In this document: positions 54,018 to 63,560 of the stretch, one piece after another | Layout of the letters: each line of letters opens with the position of its first letter | Position numbering within the stretch: the stretch's first letter is position 1 | Virus record (IMG/VR): IMGVR_UViG_2718218054_000003 | From: a virus | Reading direction: 5' to 3' (one strand) | Length of the DNA: 64,000 bases | Position numbers and translations under genes: made by a program | Notes under the pieces: generated by a model | Databases searched by the model: none | Seen by the model: only the letters and a program-made list of their open reading frames with translations | Told to the model about the DNA's origin: nothing

Positions 54018-54020
54018 GGT

Positions 54021-54818
54021 TCAGCGCTGCCCGGAGGCGTGGATCTTGGCCACGATCCGGTCGGCCGTGCGCGTGGGCTCCTGCTTCACGGGCGGCTTGT
54101 TCGCCGCCGTGACCTTCGTCGGGCGCGTCGGCTTCGTCGGCTCGGACGCCCGGACCGGTGCGGTGAACAACTCCGGGAAGTCGTCGACCAGCTGGTCGAT
54201 CTGGTCCTGGAGGCCGGTGATGTCGCCGTCCTCGTCCACGTCGATTTCATCGAGGTCGAGCCGGCGGATGAGCTTCTTGACGCGCTCCTCAGTCGGGTTC
54301 TGGAAGTTGGCCTCCAGCAACGCCGCCTTCGCCGCCGCCCGGACCGCGACCGGCTTGTACCGGGACGCCGCCGCCTCCTCGGCCTTCCTGATCCGCTCCG
54401 CCTCGTCGGTGTCGCCCGACGTCTCCGCGGCCTTGCGCTCCTTGCGCATCTCCGCGATCTGGCCCTCGCGCTTCTTGCGGAGCTCGCGCTCCTTCTGCAT
54501 CGCGGTCTCGAGGCGCTGCCAGTCCTCTGCGGTGCGCTCCGGCTTGTCCGTCTCCTTGACGGGCTTCGACTTGTCCCCGGGCTTCGCGTCCTGCGGTGCC
54601 TCGTCGGGCTCGTCATCGTCGTCCGGCTCGTCGTCGAGGAAGTCCCGCTGACCGCCGCCCGCGGGCGCACCCGATCCTGGGTTCTCCAGGTCGATCTCGG
54701 GGCCGTCGTCATCGTCGTCCGGGGCGCCGCCGAGCTGCGGCCACACCGGTTCGCCCTCGAACACCGCGAGGGCCGTACCCCACACGGGGTGCACCGGGTA
54801 GATCGTGTTGTCCTGCAT
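54021..54818 (-). CDS. Capsid scaffolding protein with N-terminal leader
   Basis: Acidic linker, coiled coil, LDLDEIDVDEDG, FPELF. Confidence 0.8.
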   Translation of the reverse strand: MQDNTIYPVHPVWGTALAVFEGEPVWPQLGGAPDDDDDGPEIDLENPGSGAPAGGGQRDFLDDEPDDDDEPDEAPQDAKPGDKSKPVKETDKPERTAEDWQRLETAMQKERELRKKREGQIAEMRKERKAAETSGDTDEAERIRKAEEAAASRYKPVAVRAAAKAALLEANFQNPTEERVKKLIRRLDLDEIDVDEDGDITGLQDQIDQLVDDFPELFTAPVRASEPTKPTRPTKVTAANKPPVKQEPTRTADRIVAKIHASGQR

Positions 54819-54826
54819 GGTGGTCC

Positions 54827-55849
54827 TCATCTCGTGCGGGCCCCGCTCTTGATGCGCGGGAAGGTCTCGAAGGAGCCGCGGCGCACGGCTGCGCGGGCGC
54901 GGGCCTGGACGGTGCTGAGCAGGGTGGTGCCGGACAGCAGAAGCCGTTCGGCGGCGTCGAGGCGGACCCGCTCGCTCTCGGACGGGAGCCGCCAGCCCGT
55001 CAAGATCGAGCGGGCCGCCTCGCGCTGCAGCGCCGCACGGAAGTCCGTGTCACCGGCGCTATCCCTGGTGCCCAGCCAGGGCTGTGTGCGGCACCGGCAA
55101 CGCGGGTGCCGCGGAGGAGACACGAGATCCGGGCCCGGCCAGACCGCGAGCGGCCGGATCCCGAAGGTCTTGGTGGCGTCGAAGACCCCGTCCACCGAGG
55201 TTTCGCCGGCGAGGCCGAGACAGTGCACGCACGCGTCGCGTTCGGCGATCCAGATGCGCTCCACGCCGAGCTCGTCCGCCACGGCGGCGGTGCCGGCGTT
55301 CGCGGCGCGGTTGGTTACCCACGCGGCGGCGGTGTCCGCTGCGATCGCGGCCTGCTGGGCGGGCGCGAACGCGTTCATCAGGCCGGTGAACCGGTCGTCG
55401 TCGAGGCGGGCCAGCGCCCGGTCGGCGTCCGCCAGGTGTCTGCCGATGGTGTCGTCGAGCTCGTCAACCGCGCGCAGCACGTCGTCGGGAAGCTCGTCGG
55501 CCTCGGCCGCGTCCAGGTCAACGTCGACCAGCACCTCGTCGGCGGCCTGCTCGACGCCGAGCCGGTAAGCCCGCACGGCGTACGCGGCCAGCGGGCGAGA
55601 CGCGTCGGGGCGCAACTCGCCGAGGTCCCCGCGCACCGCGTCGACAATCACCCGCAGCTGACGCTGGTCCGCGCGGTTCTTCGTCGTGCCGAACCGCGTG
55701 ATCCACCCGCGGGTGATTGCCCTCACGATGCGGGCGAGCGCGGTTCGCAGCGGCCCGGCGGTCGCGAGCCGTGCGGCCTCCTCCAGCGCGTACAGCTGCG
55801 CCGCATGCTCGACAACCCGGTCGGTGCCAGCAGGCTGAGGCCCGGTCAC
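54827..55849 (-). CDS. Minor capsid / Mu gpF-like head morphogenesis protein
   Basis: WIAERDACVHC, PPRHPRCRC; follows portal. Confidence 0.8.
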   Translation of the reverse strand: MTGPQPAGTDRVVEHAAQLYALEEAARLATAGPLRTALARIVRAITRGWITRFGTTKNRADQRQLRVIVDAVRGDLGELRPDASRPLAAYAVRAYRLGVEQAADEVLVDVDLDAAEADELPDDVLRAVDELDDTIGRHLADADRALARLDDDRFTGLMNAFAPAQQAAIAADTAAAWVTNRAANAGTAAVADELGVERIWIAERDACVHCLGLAGETSVDGVFDATKTFGIRPLAVWPGPDLVSPPRHPRCRCRTQPWLGTRDSAGDTDFRAALQREAARSILTGWRLPSESERVRLDAAERLLLSGTTLLSTVQARARAAVRRGSFETFPRIKSGARTR

Positions 55850-57495
55850 GACTCGTCCCGATCAGCGCTGCCGGCGGCGAGCTGTGGCACGACCTCCAGC
55901 ACGGCGCTGATCAGCTCGCGTACCTGCTCGGCCGGGATCAGCTCGAACGCTGTGACGCCAGCGAAAGCCTGCAGCACGCCACCGATCTGCTCCAGCAGCG
56001 CGAGCCGGGCCGGCAGGTCGTTGTCCTCCTCGCCGAGCCACGCCGTGATCTGCTCGTTGGTGTAGCCGGCCTCCGCGAATGCCTGCCGAACGGGGACACC
56101 AGCCTCGATCTGCAGCTTGATGGTCTGCCAGGCCTCCAGCCCGGACACGCGCTGCACGGGGGCCCAGTTGACGACCACCGGCACGCGCCCGAACCCAGCG
56201 ACCTTGAGAGCGAACTGCCACAGCTCCCGCCACGTCGCCTTGAACGACAGCACGCGGTTCTCGCACTTCTGGTCGAACGGGCGGTCGTGCTGCGAGTAGC
56301 TCGCACCGGACGGCTGCTGGCCGGTGACCGCGTCGAACAAGCGGACCGGGGTCTCGCAGGCCTGCGCGCCGAATCGCAGGTAGAACATCGCAGGCTTGAT
56401 GAAGACGTCAGGGTCGGCCTCGTCGAACTGGCCGACCGCCTTGACGCCACGCATGAACCACAGGTCGCCAGGGTCTGCGGTGAGCTGGGACGGCGCGCTT
56501 CCACCGCGGGTGCGGGTGGCGCCGGTGTCGTCGTCGGCGAAGGAGAACTCGTCTTCGTCGGCCGCCGCGGTCTCGCTGGTGTCGCTGCCTTCGGCGGTGA
56601 GCGCGTACCGCTGCTGGAAACCCTGGTAGTCGACCGTGCCCATGTGGGTGACGATCAACTTCCGCAAGATCTGCTGGGTGCCGTAGAAGCCCTTGTGGTC
56701 AGGGGTGCCGTATGGGCCGACGTCGGTGCGGAAGTGGAACACCGGGATCTCGTCGTACGGGTTGTCGTACGGCCACTCGTCGTCCTCGTCGTCGCGGAAG
56801 ACGTAGAAGTCTGCGGCGGTGGGGTTCCGGACCTTGCCCCTGGTGACGTACTTCTCCAGCCGGTCCCGATAGAACAGGTCGACCCTGGACCGGCCGTCGG
56901 TCAAGCGCCACATCTTGATCGCGAACGCCTTGACGCGTTCGTTTTCCGGGTCGTAGATGATCCGTGTGCACAACGGGGAGTTGTAGGTGATGTCGATCTT
57001 CTCGCGACTCGCCGATCCTTCCGAGACACGAGACTCTTCGGGCACGTCGATGTCGCCGGTGTCGGCGTCGTTGTCCTCCGCAGCGGGCCAGACGATGACG
57101 AGCGCATCGCCGTACTCTCCGGCGCGTAGGTGGATGTTCGGGGCGGCCAGATCGAGCTGGTTGCGTTCCCACTCGCGCTCGATCCATGCGGTGGCCTCGT
57201 CGTTGCCGGGGCACAGGGTCGACGTGATCTTCAGGCGGTTGACGACCGCGGTGACCGGGATGCGCGAGAAGTTGACTTTGTAGTCCACGCCGGTGCGCTC
57301 GATCGCCCGCCGCAGCCTGATGGACGCGAAGACCTCAGGTACATCGTCCTCGAAGTAGTCCTCGGCCTTCTGGTACTCCGCTGCCGCCTTGCGCAGTTCG
57401 TCGAGGCCGTATTCGAGGTCCGGGTTGGTTGCGCGCTCTTCCAGGATGGTGGCGACGACCGCGCCGGCGGACTCGGACAGCATCGGTGTGCTCAC
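55846..57495 (-). CDS. Portal protein (SPP1 gp6-like)
   Basis: After terL; NFSRIPV, YDNPY..IPVFHF, SGAS. Confidence 0.85.
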   Translation of the reverse strand: MSTPMLSESAGAVVATILEERATNPDLEYGLDELRKAAAEYQKAEDYFEDDVPEVFASIRLRRAIERTGVDYKVNFSRIPVTAVVNRLKITSTLCPGNDEATAWIEREWERNQLDLAAPNIHLRAGEYGDALVIVWPAAEDNDADTGDIDVPEESRVSEGSASREKIDITYNSPLCTRIIYDPENERVKAFAIKMWRLTDGRSRVDLFYRDRLEKYVTRGKVRNPTAADFYVFRDDEDDEWPYDNPYDEIPVFHFRTDVGPYGTPDHKGFYGTQQILRKLIVTHMGTVDYQGFQQRYALTAEGSDTSETAAADEDEFSFADDDTGATRTRGGSAPSQLTADPGDLWFMRGVKAVGQFDEADPDVFIKPAMFYLRFGAQACETPVRLFDAVTGQQPSGASYSQHDRPFDQKCENRVLSFKATWRELWQFALKVAGFGRVPVVVNWAPVQRVSGLEAWQTIKLQIEAGVPVRQAFAEAGYTNEQITAWLGEEDNDLPARLALLEQIGGVLQAFAGVTAFELIPAEQVRELISAVLEVVPQLAAGSADRDES

Positions 57496-57595
57496 GCGGC
57501 GACCTCCCCTGGGTGGGCTGCGTCAAGAGTAACCGCTGACCGGAGTATCTCCGGCCATAACGACGTTTCGCTGAAGAATCGTTGGTGACTGCCGG

Positions 57596-59179
57596 TCATG
57601 ACGCCAGGTCTTCGTCATCCATGCCTGGCCGGTAGACGTCCACTCCGGCCTGTCGGCGGCGCCTGAGGAACTGGTCCACCCCAGTGCCGATGGCGTCGAC
57701 CACGTCGTCGTGCGGCGCCTTCGGGAAGCCGATCAGTTGCTCCTCGGCCACCGGGATGCGCCGCTCGTGCACCACGAACGGCAGGGCGTCGATCGGCCCA
57801 ACCGGCTTGGCCGGGTTCCGCTGCGGCCGCGTCTGGTACCAGCCCAGCAGCCGGGCCGCCCGGACCTCCTTCGCCTCGTCCTGGTGCACGGTCTTCACCT
57901 TCACCGGCATGTTGTGCAGGACGCTGTTCTCCCATACCTCGCCGCCCTGGTTGACCTCCACCACGATGCCCCGGATCCGCGGGTACTCCTTGAGGATTGC
58001 CAGCACCCTGCGCCGCAGCGGCGTGCCGGGCGGGACGCGGATCGCCCAAGCGGCGAGCACGACGCACCGCCGGTGGTAGGACGAGTAGGCGATCACCGCG
58101 AGCCCGGTGAAGTCCGACGTCTTCTTCGACGTCGTGGCGGGGTCGATCGACAACAGCATCGCCGTCTGCGCGGGCAGCTCGTGGACGATGATGTCGCCCT
58201 CGTTCCAGTAGTCCCCGTCGCGGGCCATGGGGTTGTTGTCGTAGTTCAGCCTGTACGACCGGGTGTGCTCGATGCTCACCAGGAACTCGAGCGGCCACTT
58301 CTCCGGCCACAGCGAGCGCCGCTCACCGGTCTCGTCGTCGGTGATGATCGCCCGGTAGTAGTGCACGCGGATCTTCTCGTCCGCGACCCACTCGGCCTGC
58401 TCCTCGCCCGGCATGTTCACCGTCTTGACGAGGTCGTGGATGATCGATCCGGGCATGGTCACGGTGCCGGCGATGACGACTCGGGCCCTGATGTTCAGCG
58501 GTAGGATCGCGTTCTGCAGCGTGCTGAGCCGCTGCGCCTTCTGGTAGTCGGAGTAGTTGCTCTCGTTCGGCTCGATGTCGTCCAGGATCAGCAGGTCCGG
58601 CCGGCGGGCGCCGACCTTCATGCCGAGCGACTGCGAGTCGATGCCCTTCGCCGCGAACACGAACCCGGACGCGGCGATCAACATCGACTTGGTGTCGGCC
58701 TCGGTCACGCCCGACGGGCGCCGGCCCGGGCTGCACAGGTCGGGGAAGTCCGCGCGGAGCAGTTGGTTGCGGTCGAGTTCGTGTTTGAAGCTGCCGAGGT
58801 GCATCTCGGCCTGCGGGCCTGCGTGCGCGAACGCGCCGATGAATTTCCGGTGCCCGTGAGCGGCGGCCCACAGCGGCAGGATCAGGAACAGCCACGTGCT
58901 CTTGCCGGCCTCGCGCGGGCACACGTAGGCGTCCCGGTCCGACCGTGGTTCGCGCGTCGGGAGCGCCCACCGCTTCGCAGCCTCGGCGAGCTGGACGTGG
59001 AACTCGGACAGGGTGATCCGCGCGTCCTCGCCTTCTCCGCGCAGGTGGTGCGGCAGGTACAGCAGCGCGAACAACAGCGGCTCGTACCGGGTGAGCTGCC
59101 GACGGCACTCTGGGTCCGAGAGCATCTCGGGGTCGAACTGCAGCAGGTACTGGTCGAGGCTGAAGCCCTCGGTCGCCAT
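57596..59179 (-). CDS. Terminase large subunit
   Basis: PREAGKST, LLILDDIE, SIDPA, HDDVVDA. Confidence 0.93.
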   Translation of the reverse strand: MATEGFSLDQYLLQFDPEMLSDPECRRQLTRYEPLLFALLYLPHHLRGEGEDARITLSEFHVQLAEAAKRWALPTREPRSDRDAYVCPREAGKSTWLFLILPLWAAAHGHRKFIGAFAHAGPQAEMHLGSFKHELDRNQLLRADFPDLCSPGRRPSGVTEADTKSMLIAASGFVFAAKGIDSQSLGMKVGARRPDLLILDDIEPNESNYSDYQKAQRLSTLQNAILPLNIRARVVIAGTVTMPGSIIHDLVKTVNMPGEEQAEWVADEKIRVHYYRAIITDDETGERRSLWPEKWPLEFLVSIEHTRSYRLNYDNNPMARDGDYWNEGDIIVHELPAQTAMLLSIDPATTSKKTSDFTGLAVIAYSSYHRRCVVLAAWAIRVPPGTPLRRRVLAILKEYPRIRGIVVEVNQGGEVWENSVLHNMPVKVKTVHQDEAKEVRAARLLGWYQTRPQRNPAKPVGPIDALPFVVHERRIPVAEEQLIGFPKAPHDDVVDAIGTGVDQFLRRRRQAGVDVYRPGMDDEDLAS

Positions 59180-59213
59180 GGTGGTCCTTCCGCAGGCGAG
59201 GGCCCCGGCGCGG

Positions 59214-59432
59214 CTACGCCTCCGGGGTGCCGGGTCTCGCCGCGGTCAGGACGTCGACGACCTCCCGGTAGAACTCGCGCCGCTGCCGCACCTCGGCGAT
59301 GACGGCGTGGCCGATACCGACGAGCGCGAGCACCTCGGCCCCGGTCGTCGCTGACCGGGCGCGGGCGAGGTACTGCGCGGCGTCAGCCAGGTCGTCATCC
59401 GCCGTGCGTGAAACCTCGTCATGGGTGGTCAC
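59214..59432 (-). CDS. Hypothetical protein
   Basis: Short helical ORF, start uncertain. Confidence 0.5.
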   Translation of the reverse strand: MTTHDEVSRTADDDLADAAQYLARARSATTGAEVLALVGIGHAVIAEVRQRREFYREVVDVLTAARPGTPEA

Positions 59433-59437
59433 GTCGT

Positions 59438-59713
59438 TTACTGCCGCGTCCAGTGGCCGGGCCCGTCGCCCTCGGACACCGACGTCACCCACAGCTCGGC
59501 GCCGGGGCCTCCGTCGAGGTGCACCCGCAGGTTCACGCACGCGCCGAAGTCGCGGAGGACCATCGCCGGGTAGACGTCGCCCACACGCGGGGTGTTGAGG
59601 TTCTGCTGTGCGGCGGTGTTGAGCCGCTGCACGGTTCGCTCGGCGTTGCGGATGTCGTGCTCGCTGAGCGTGTACTGGACGATCGAGCCGAGCGGGGGCA
59701 TCTGGGCTGTCAT
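59438..59713 (-). CDS. Hypothetical protein
   Basis: GGAGG RBS; G.IV.Y.L, PAMV, VNL.V.LDG. Confidence 0.65.
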   Translation of the reverse strand: MTAQMPPLGSIVQYTLSEHDIRNAERTVQRLNTAAQQNLNTPRVGDVYPAMVLRDFGACVNLRVHLDGGPGAELWVTSVSEGDGPGHWTRQ

Positions 59714-59821
59714 CGTGCACCTCCGGTCGCGGTGAAGATTGTCCGGCTCAACCCCGCGAGGCCGCCGAAGAATCATCGGTTCAACGACCATTCTGCGTCA
59801 TAATCTTCGGTCAGACGACCA

Positions 59822-60388
59822 TCAAGCGCCCTCGGCCTGCTTCCGCAGCTTCTGCTCCGCGTCCTCGGCCACCTTCCGAGCCTTCTCGATCATCGACAAC
59901 GCCTCATCCGGAAGCGGCGCCTCAACCTGCCCCACATCCACCTTCACCGGCGCGTCCAAGCCCTCCAGCCGCGCACGCCGCTCCTGGATCTTCAGCAGCT
60001 TGTCGACGCACGCCAGCGTCAGCGCGATGTCCTCGACCGGCTCCTCGTCGATCGTCACCACCTGGCCGTCATGCATCAGGTACCGCGGCTTCGCCATCAG
60101 CTGCAGCACCCGCCGCGACAGCCCGTCCAACCGCTCGCGCTCGAGCACGCGGTACTTCTCCACGAACGGAGAAATGTTCCGGTCGATCGCGTCCGTGATC
60201 CGCTTGTGCACGGTGCCGACCGACAAGCCAGTGATCGCGGAGATCTCGCGGATCGTGTGGTGCTGGAGCCGCAGGTCGAGGCAGAGCTGTTCCTGCTGGG
60301 CGAGGTCGACGTTCGTGAGCCTGGCCTTGTGTACGTACCGCTCGACCGCAGCGGGCGTTGACGGCTCTGGGGTGTCGGGTGCCGTCAT
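59822..60388 (-). CDS. Terminase small subunit (HTH)
   Basis: HTIREISAITGLSVGTVH; ERERLD.L; RRARLEGLDAP. Confidence 0.8.
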   Translation of the reverse strand: MTAPDTPEPSTPAAVERYVHKARLTNVDLAQQEQLCLDLRLQHHTIREISAITGLSVGTVHKRITDAIDRNISPFVEKYRVLERERLDGLSRRVLQLMAKPRYLMHDGQVVTIDEEPVEDIALTLACVDKLLKIQERRARLEGLDAPVKVDVGQVEAPLPDEALSMIEKARKVAEDAEQKLRKQAEGA

Positions 60389-60455
60389 GTTCAGCTCCTA
60401 CCGTTCGCATCGACCAGCCGCGTTCCTCCTGATCGAGTATGCGGCGTTCAGCGCG

Positions 60456-60863
60456 TCAGCCGAGCCACTGTGGGTCGTCTGGGGCGATCGGCATCTCGAC
60501 CTCACCGACGTAGCGGAACATCCAGCCGGGGTCGTCGCGGTCGACGTCGTACCTGCTGCACGGCGGGCCCGGCTGGGTCACCAGGTGTCCGGACCGGGTG
60601 CGCCACCAGAAGTTGCTGTGCCCGTCGGGATCCACCAGCACCCGCTCAGCGGGCAGGGGCATCGCACCCGGTGCGGGAGCGAGCCAGAACCGGTCGAGCG
60701 GGAACTCGACGCCGTCGTGGGGGCCGCCAAGCAGACGGCCGGTCTCGGTGCTCAACGCAGGCTCTCCTTGTCGGGTGTGGCGCGCCCGCTGCGCGGCGCT
60801 GTCCCGTCTACCCTGCCTCGGTGCTGACCAACGCCGCCATCGAGCTCGCCTTCCAGCAGCCAC
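60456..60863 (-). CDS. Possible small hypothetical protein (start uncertain)
   Basis: Only the C-terminal half looks protein-like. Confidence 0.3.
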   Translation of the reverse strand: MAAGRRARWRRWSAPRQGRRDSAAQRARHTRQGEPALSTETGRLLGGPHDGVEFPLDRFWLAPAPGAMPLPAERVLVDPDGHSNFWWRTRSGHLVTQPGPPCSRYDVDRDDPGWMFRYVGEVEMPIAPDDPQWLG

Positions 60864-61483
60864 CGTCCACCGTGGACTTCCTGTGGTGGTCGTGGCCCAC
60901 CGACGAGTTCGCTGCCTGGGGGCAGTGGGCGGGCGGCGTCGGAAGCATCGCGGCCGTGATTGTCGCGCTCGCGGTGTTGGTTCGGGATCGTCGTCGAGCC
61001 GAGACCGAACGCATTGAGCGCGAGCGGGAGACGGCGCGTGCGGAGCTAGAGCACCGGTTCGATCAAGCGCGGACGGTCGTCGGCGGACTTGCGATGCTGC
61101 TAGGTGACATTCCCGGCTCGACCACGAGGTTCCCTGGCATCAAGATCGTCAACCATGGCGCGCGGCCGATCCTTGAGGTGGACCTGGAAGCCGTGACGTT
61201 CACACATCGCGACGGCACTGTCTTCGACGACTTTGCGGTCGGGACCCCTGAGTACTTCAGGCAACGCCAGGTTCGGGGAGCTCGTCGCTTCGCGGATGTC
61301 CTCGGCCCGCAGGGTGAGGCCGTACAGCATCACCTCAACTTCGCAGGCACGCCAGAGCGGATGCGCCTCGAAGAAGGGGTGGTCGAGGTGACGTTCACGT
61401 TCCTTGACATCGACGGCTACCGCTGGCGACGAGTAGGCGGCAGGGCACCTGCACTGGTCGAGGGCGCGGGCCCCGCCGCCTGA
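60821..61483 (+). CDS. Membrane-anchored moron protein, antisense to late operon
   Basis: TM WAGGVGSIAAVIVALAVLV plus coiled coil; -10 TACCCT 7 nt before GTG. Confidence 0.65.
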   Translation: MLTNAAIELAFQQPPSTVDFLWWSWPTDEFAAWGQWAGGVGSIAAVIVALAVLVRDRRRAETERIERERETARAELEHRFDQARTVVGGLAMLLGDIPGSTTRFPGIKIVNHGARPILEVDLEAVTFTHRDGTVFDDFAVGTPEYFRQRQVRGARRFADVLGPQGEAVQHHLNFAGTPERMRLEEGVVEVTFTFLDIDGYRWRRVGGRAPALVEGAGPAA

Positions 61484-61487
61484 TCTG

Positions 61488-63377
61488 TCATTTCATGGCG
61501 AGCCAGTACAACGCGTTGTTCGTGGACATCGAGCTGATCGTGAGCGTGCTGGGGAACCCAGTCTGGCCGGACAGGAAGACGGATCGGCGGACACCGTGAT
61601 TGAGCAGCGCGTCCGAGATCGTGGCGGCGCAGCCCGCGATCTTGCCGGCGCCGGAGCCGACGAACAGGATGGCCGCCCGATAGTAGTTGCCGGGCGTCAC
61701 GTTGACCGGGGCGGTGAGGGCGATCGACTTCACGCCTGGGCTGGTCCACGAGGCGCCCGCGTCTGCGGACTGGCCGAGGCGGTTCACCACCCCGGTGCCG
61801 TCCTCGTAGAGGGCGACGCCGGAGTAGGCGCCGGGGCCGCTGGCCGCGCTCGTGACGGCGAACCCGATCTCGGAGATCGACGCCGCAGAGCCGCGGTAGC
61901 GGAACCTGACCATCAGCAGGTTGCCGGACGCGTGGTTGAAGTCGGTCTCCACGTCCTTCGGGTCGGCGGTCCACTCCAACAGGCCGACCGTGGACGGCTG
62001 GTACAGCTCGCGGTCGCCGCTCGATGCAGCTCCCCACGTGACCGCGCCGGCTGAGACCGTGAGGACCTGGCCGTCGGTTCCCTTGGCGAGGCGGGCGAGC
62101 GTGTCCACGCCGCTGCCGACCAGCAGGTCACCGGCGGCGTCGACCAGCGTGAGCGGCACCTTACCGTCGAGGGCAGTCTGGGTGGCGTTGCTGATCGGCA
62201 GGTCGGCGGGCGCGAGGTTGGCGACCTGGTCGAGCGTGAGGTCCGACTTCAGGCCGGCGAGGGTGCGGGCTGCCCAGGCACCGCCGATGCGCTGCAGCAG
62301 CGCGCCATCCGCCGGGGCCAGCCCGGCGATCGCGGCCAGGTCCGTGTCGGCGGCCTGCTTGCCGTCCAGCGCGGTCTGCGTCGCCGTCGAGATGCCGAGG
62401 TCTGCGGGGGCCAGGTTGGCGACGTTGCCGAGGCCGACGTCGGCCTTGCCCAGGGTGACGGCGCCGGTCTGCCCGGCGACGGAGATGACCGGCGCGGTCG
62501 GGTAGGACAGGGCGGTCCACGAGGCGAGCTGTGTTGGAGTGTCGCCGGTGATGATCCAGGTGGTGCCGAGGTCGGTGCGGGTGCACCAGTCGCCCCGCTG
62601 GCCGGCCAGCGTCAGCATCTCGGCCTGGCTGGCGACCGCGCCGAGGTACTCGGTGATGGCGATCGCGGGTAGAGCGGAGGTCGGGACCGTGCCGGTGAGG
62701 TCGTCATAGGAGTCCGGAATGGACGGCCGGCCGGCGAGGTCGCCGTACGCGCCGCTGGTGGCGACGGCGGCCAGCGCGCCGGGCTGGACGGCGGTGCCCG
62801 CGAGCGCGAGCAGCGCCTGGATGGCTGCGGCGAGGTCGATCTGGGGGATGCCGCCGACCGGCTTGACGTACTTGTCGGCCAAGGCCGGCACGGTCGGGGC
62901 GTTCGCGGTGCCGCCGAAGTCGCCCGCGAGGCGGATGATGCCCTTCGTCGAGGTGGTCGCGTCGGGCACGTCGCCGCCTCCGCCGCCGGAGTGGGTGTGG
63001 CCGGCGAGGGCGTAGGAGACCAGCGTGGGCGGGGCTTCGGCCGGGGCGAGGTCCGCGAGTTGGATCGTCGTGTCCCCTGAGCCCTCGGGGATGACCACGT
63101 CGAACTCCGCGGCCCACACGTCGGTCAGGACCTTGATGTGTGGGGCCCAGCCCTGTGGGGAGATCTGCGGGTCGTTCGGGTCAGGGATGACGACCTGGCC
63201 GACGCCGGCGGTGACGGTGCCGCGGATGACGCCGGGCGCGATGATCACGTTGTCGGTGCTGTCCCGCAGGGCGAAGGGGATGGTGACCTCGACGGTGCCG
63301 GTGCCGGGAGCGCCGCCGGCGGGGTGGCGGATGTCGTAGGCGATCGTGACCGTGCCGACGGCAGCGGGGAGTGGCAT
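61488..63377 (-). CDS. Fibre-like virion structural protein
   Basis: GAGG RBS; Gly linker, ATTSTKGIIRLAGD, repeated NVANLAPADL...TQTALDGK. Confidence 0.7.
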   Translation of the reverse strand: MPLPAAVGTVTIAYDIRHPAGGAPGTGTVEVTIPFALRDSTDNVIIAPGVIRGTVTAGVGQVVIPDPNDPQISPQGWAPHIKVLTDVWAAEFDVVIPEGSGDTTIQLADLAPAEAPPTLVSYALAGHTHSGGGGGDVPDATTSTKGIIRLAGDFGGTANAPTVPALADKYVKPVGGIPQIDLAAAIQALLALAGTAVQPGALAAVATSGAYGDLAGRPSIPDSYDDLTGTVPTSALPAIAITEYLGAVASQAEMLTLAGQRGDWCTRTDLGTTWIITGDTPTQLASWTALSYPTAPVISVAGQTGAVTLGKADVGLGNVANLAPADLGISTATQTALDGKQAADTDLAAIAGLAPADGALLQRIGGAWAARTLAGLKSDLTLDQVANLAPADLPISNATQTALDGKVPLTLVDAAGDLLVGSGVDTLARLAKGTDGQVLTVSAGAVTWGAASSGDRELYQPSTVGLLEWTADPKDVETDFNHASGNLLMVRFRYRGSAASISEIGFAVTSAASGPGAYSGVALYEDGTGVVNRLGQSADAGASWTSPGVKSIALTAPVNVTPGNYYRAAILFVGSGAGKIAGCAATISDALLNHGVRRSVFLSGQTGFPSTLTISSMSTNNALYWLAMK

Positions 63378-63560
63378 CGCAGGACCTCGTCTCACGCGAG
63401 CGGAGCGGTGGTCCTGCCGTGGCGTCGGCAGCAAGGATTCTAGCGCCGCGCGGCATGGTCCTCGGTGATTCGTCGGTGCCTTACGCTGATCGCAGGAAAA
63501 TCTTCGGTCAGGAGGGGCTGTGAACCACCACCTCTCGCCGCGGTCGGCTAGGTGCTCGAC

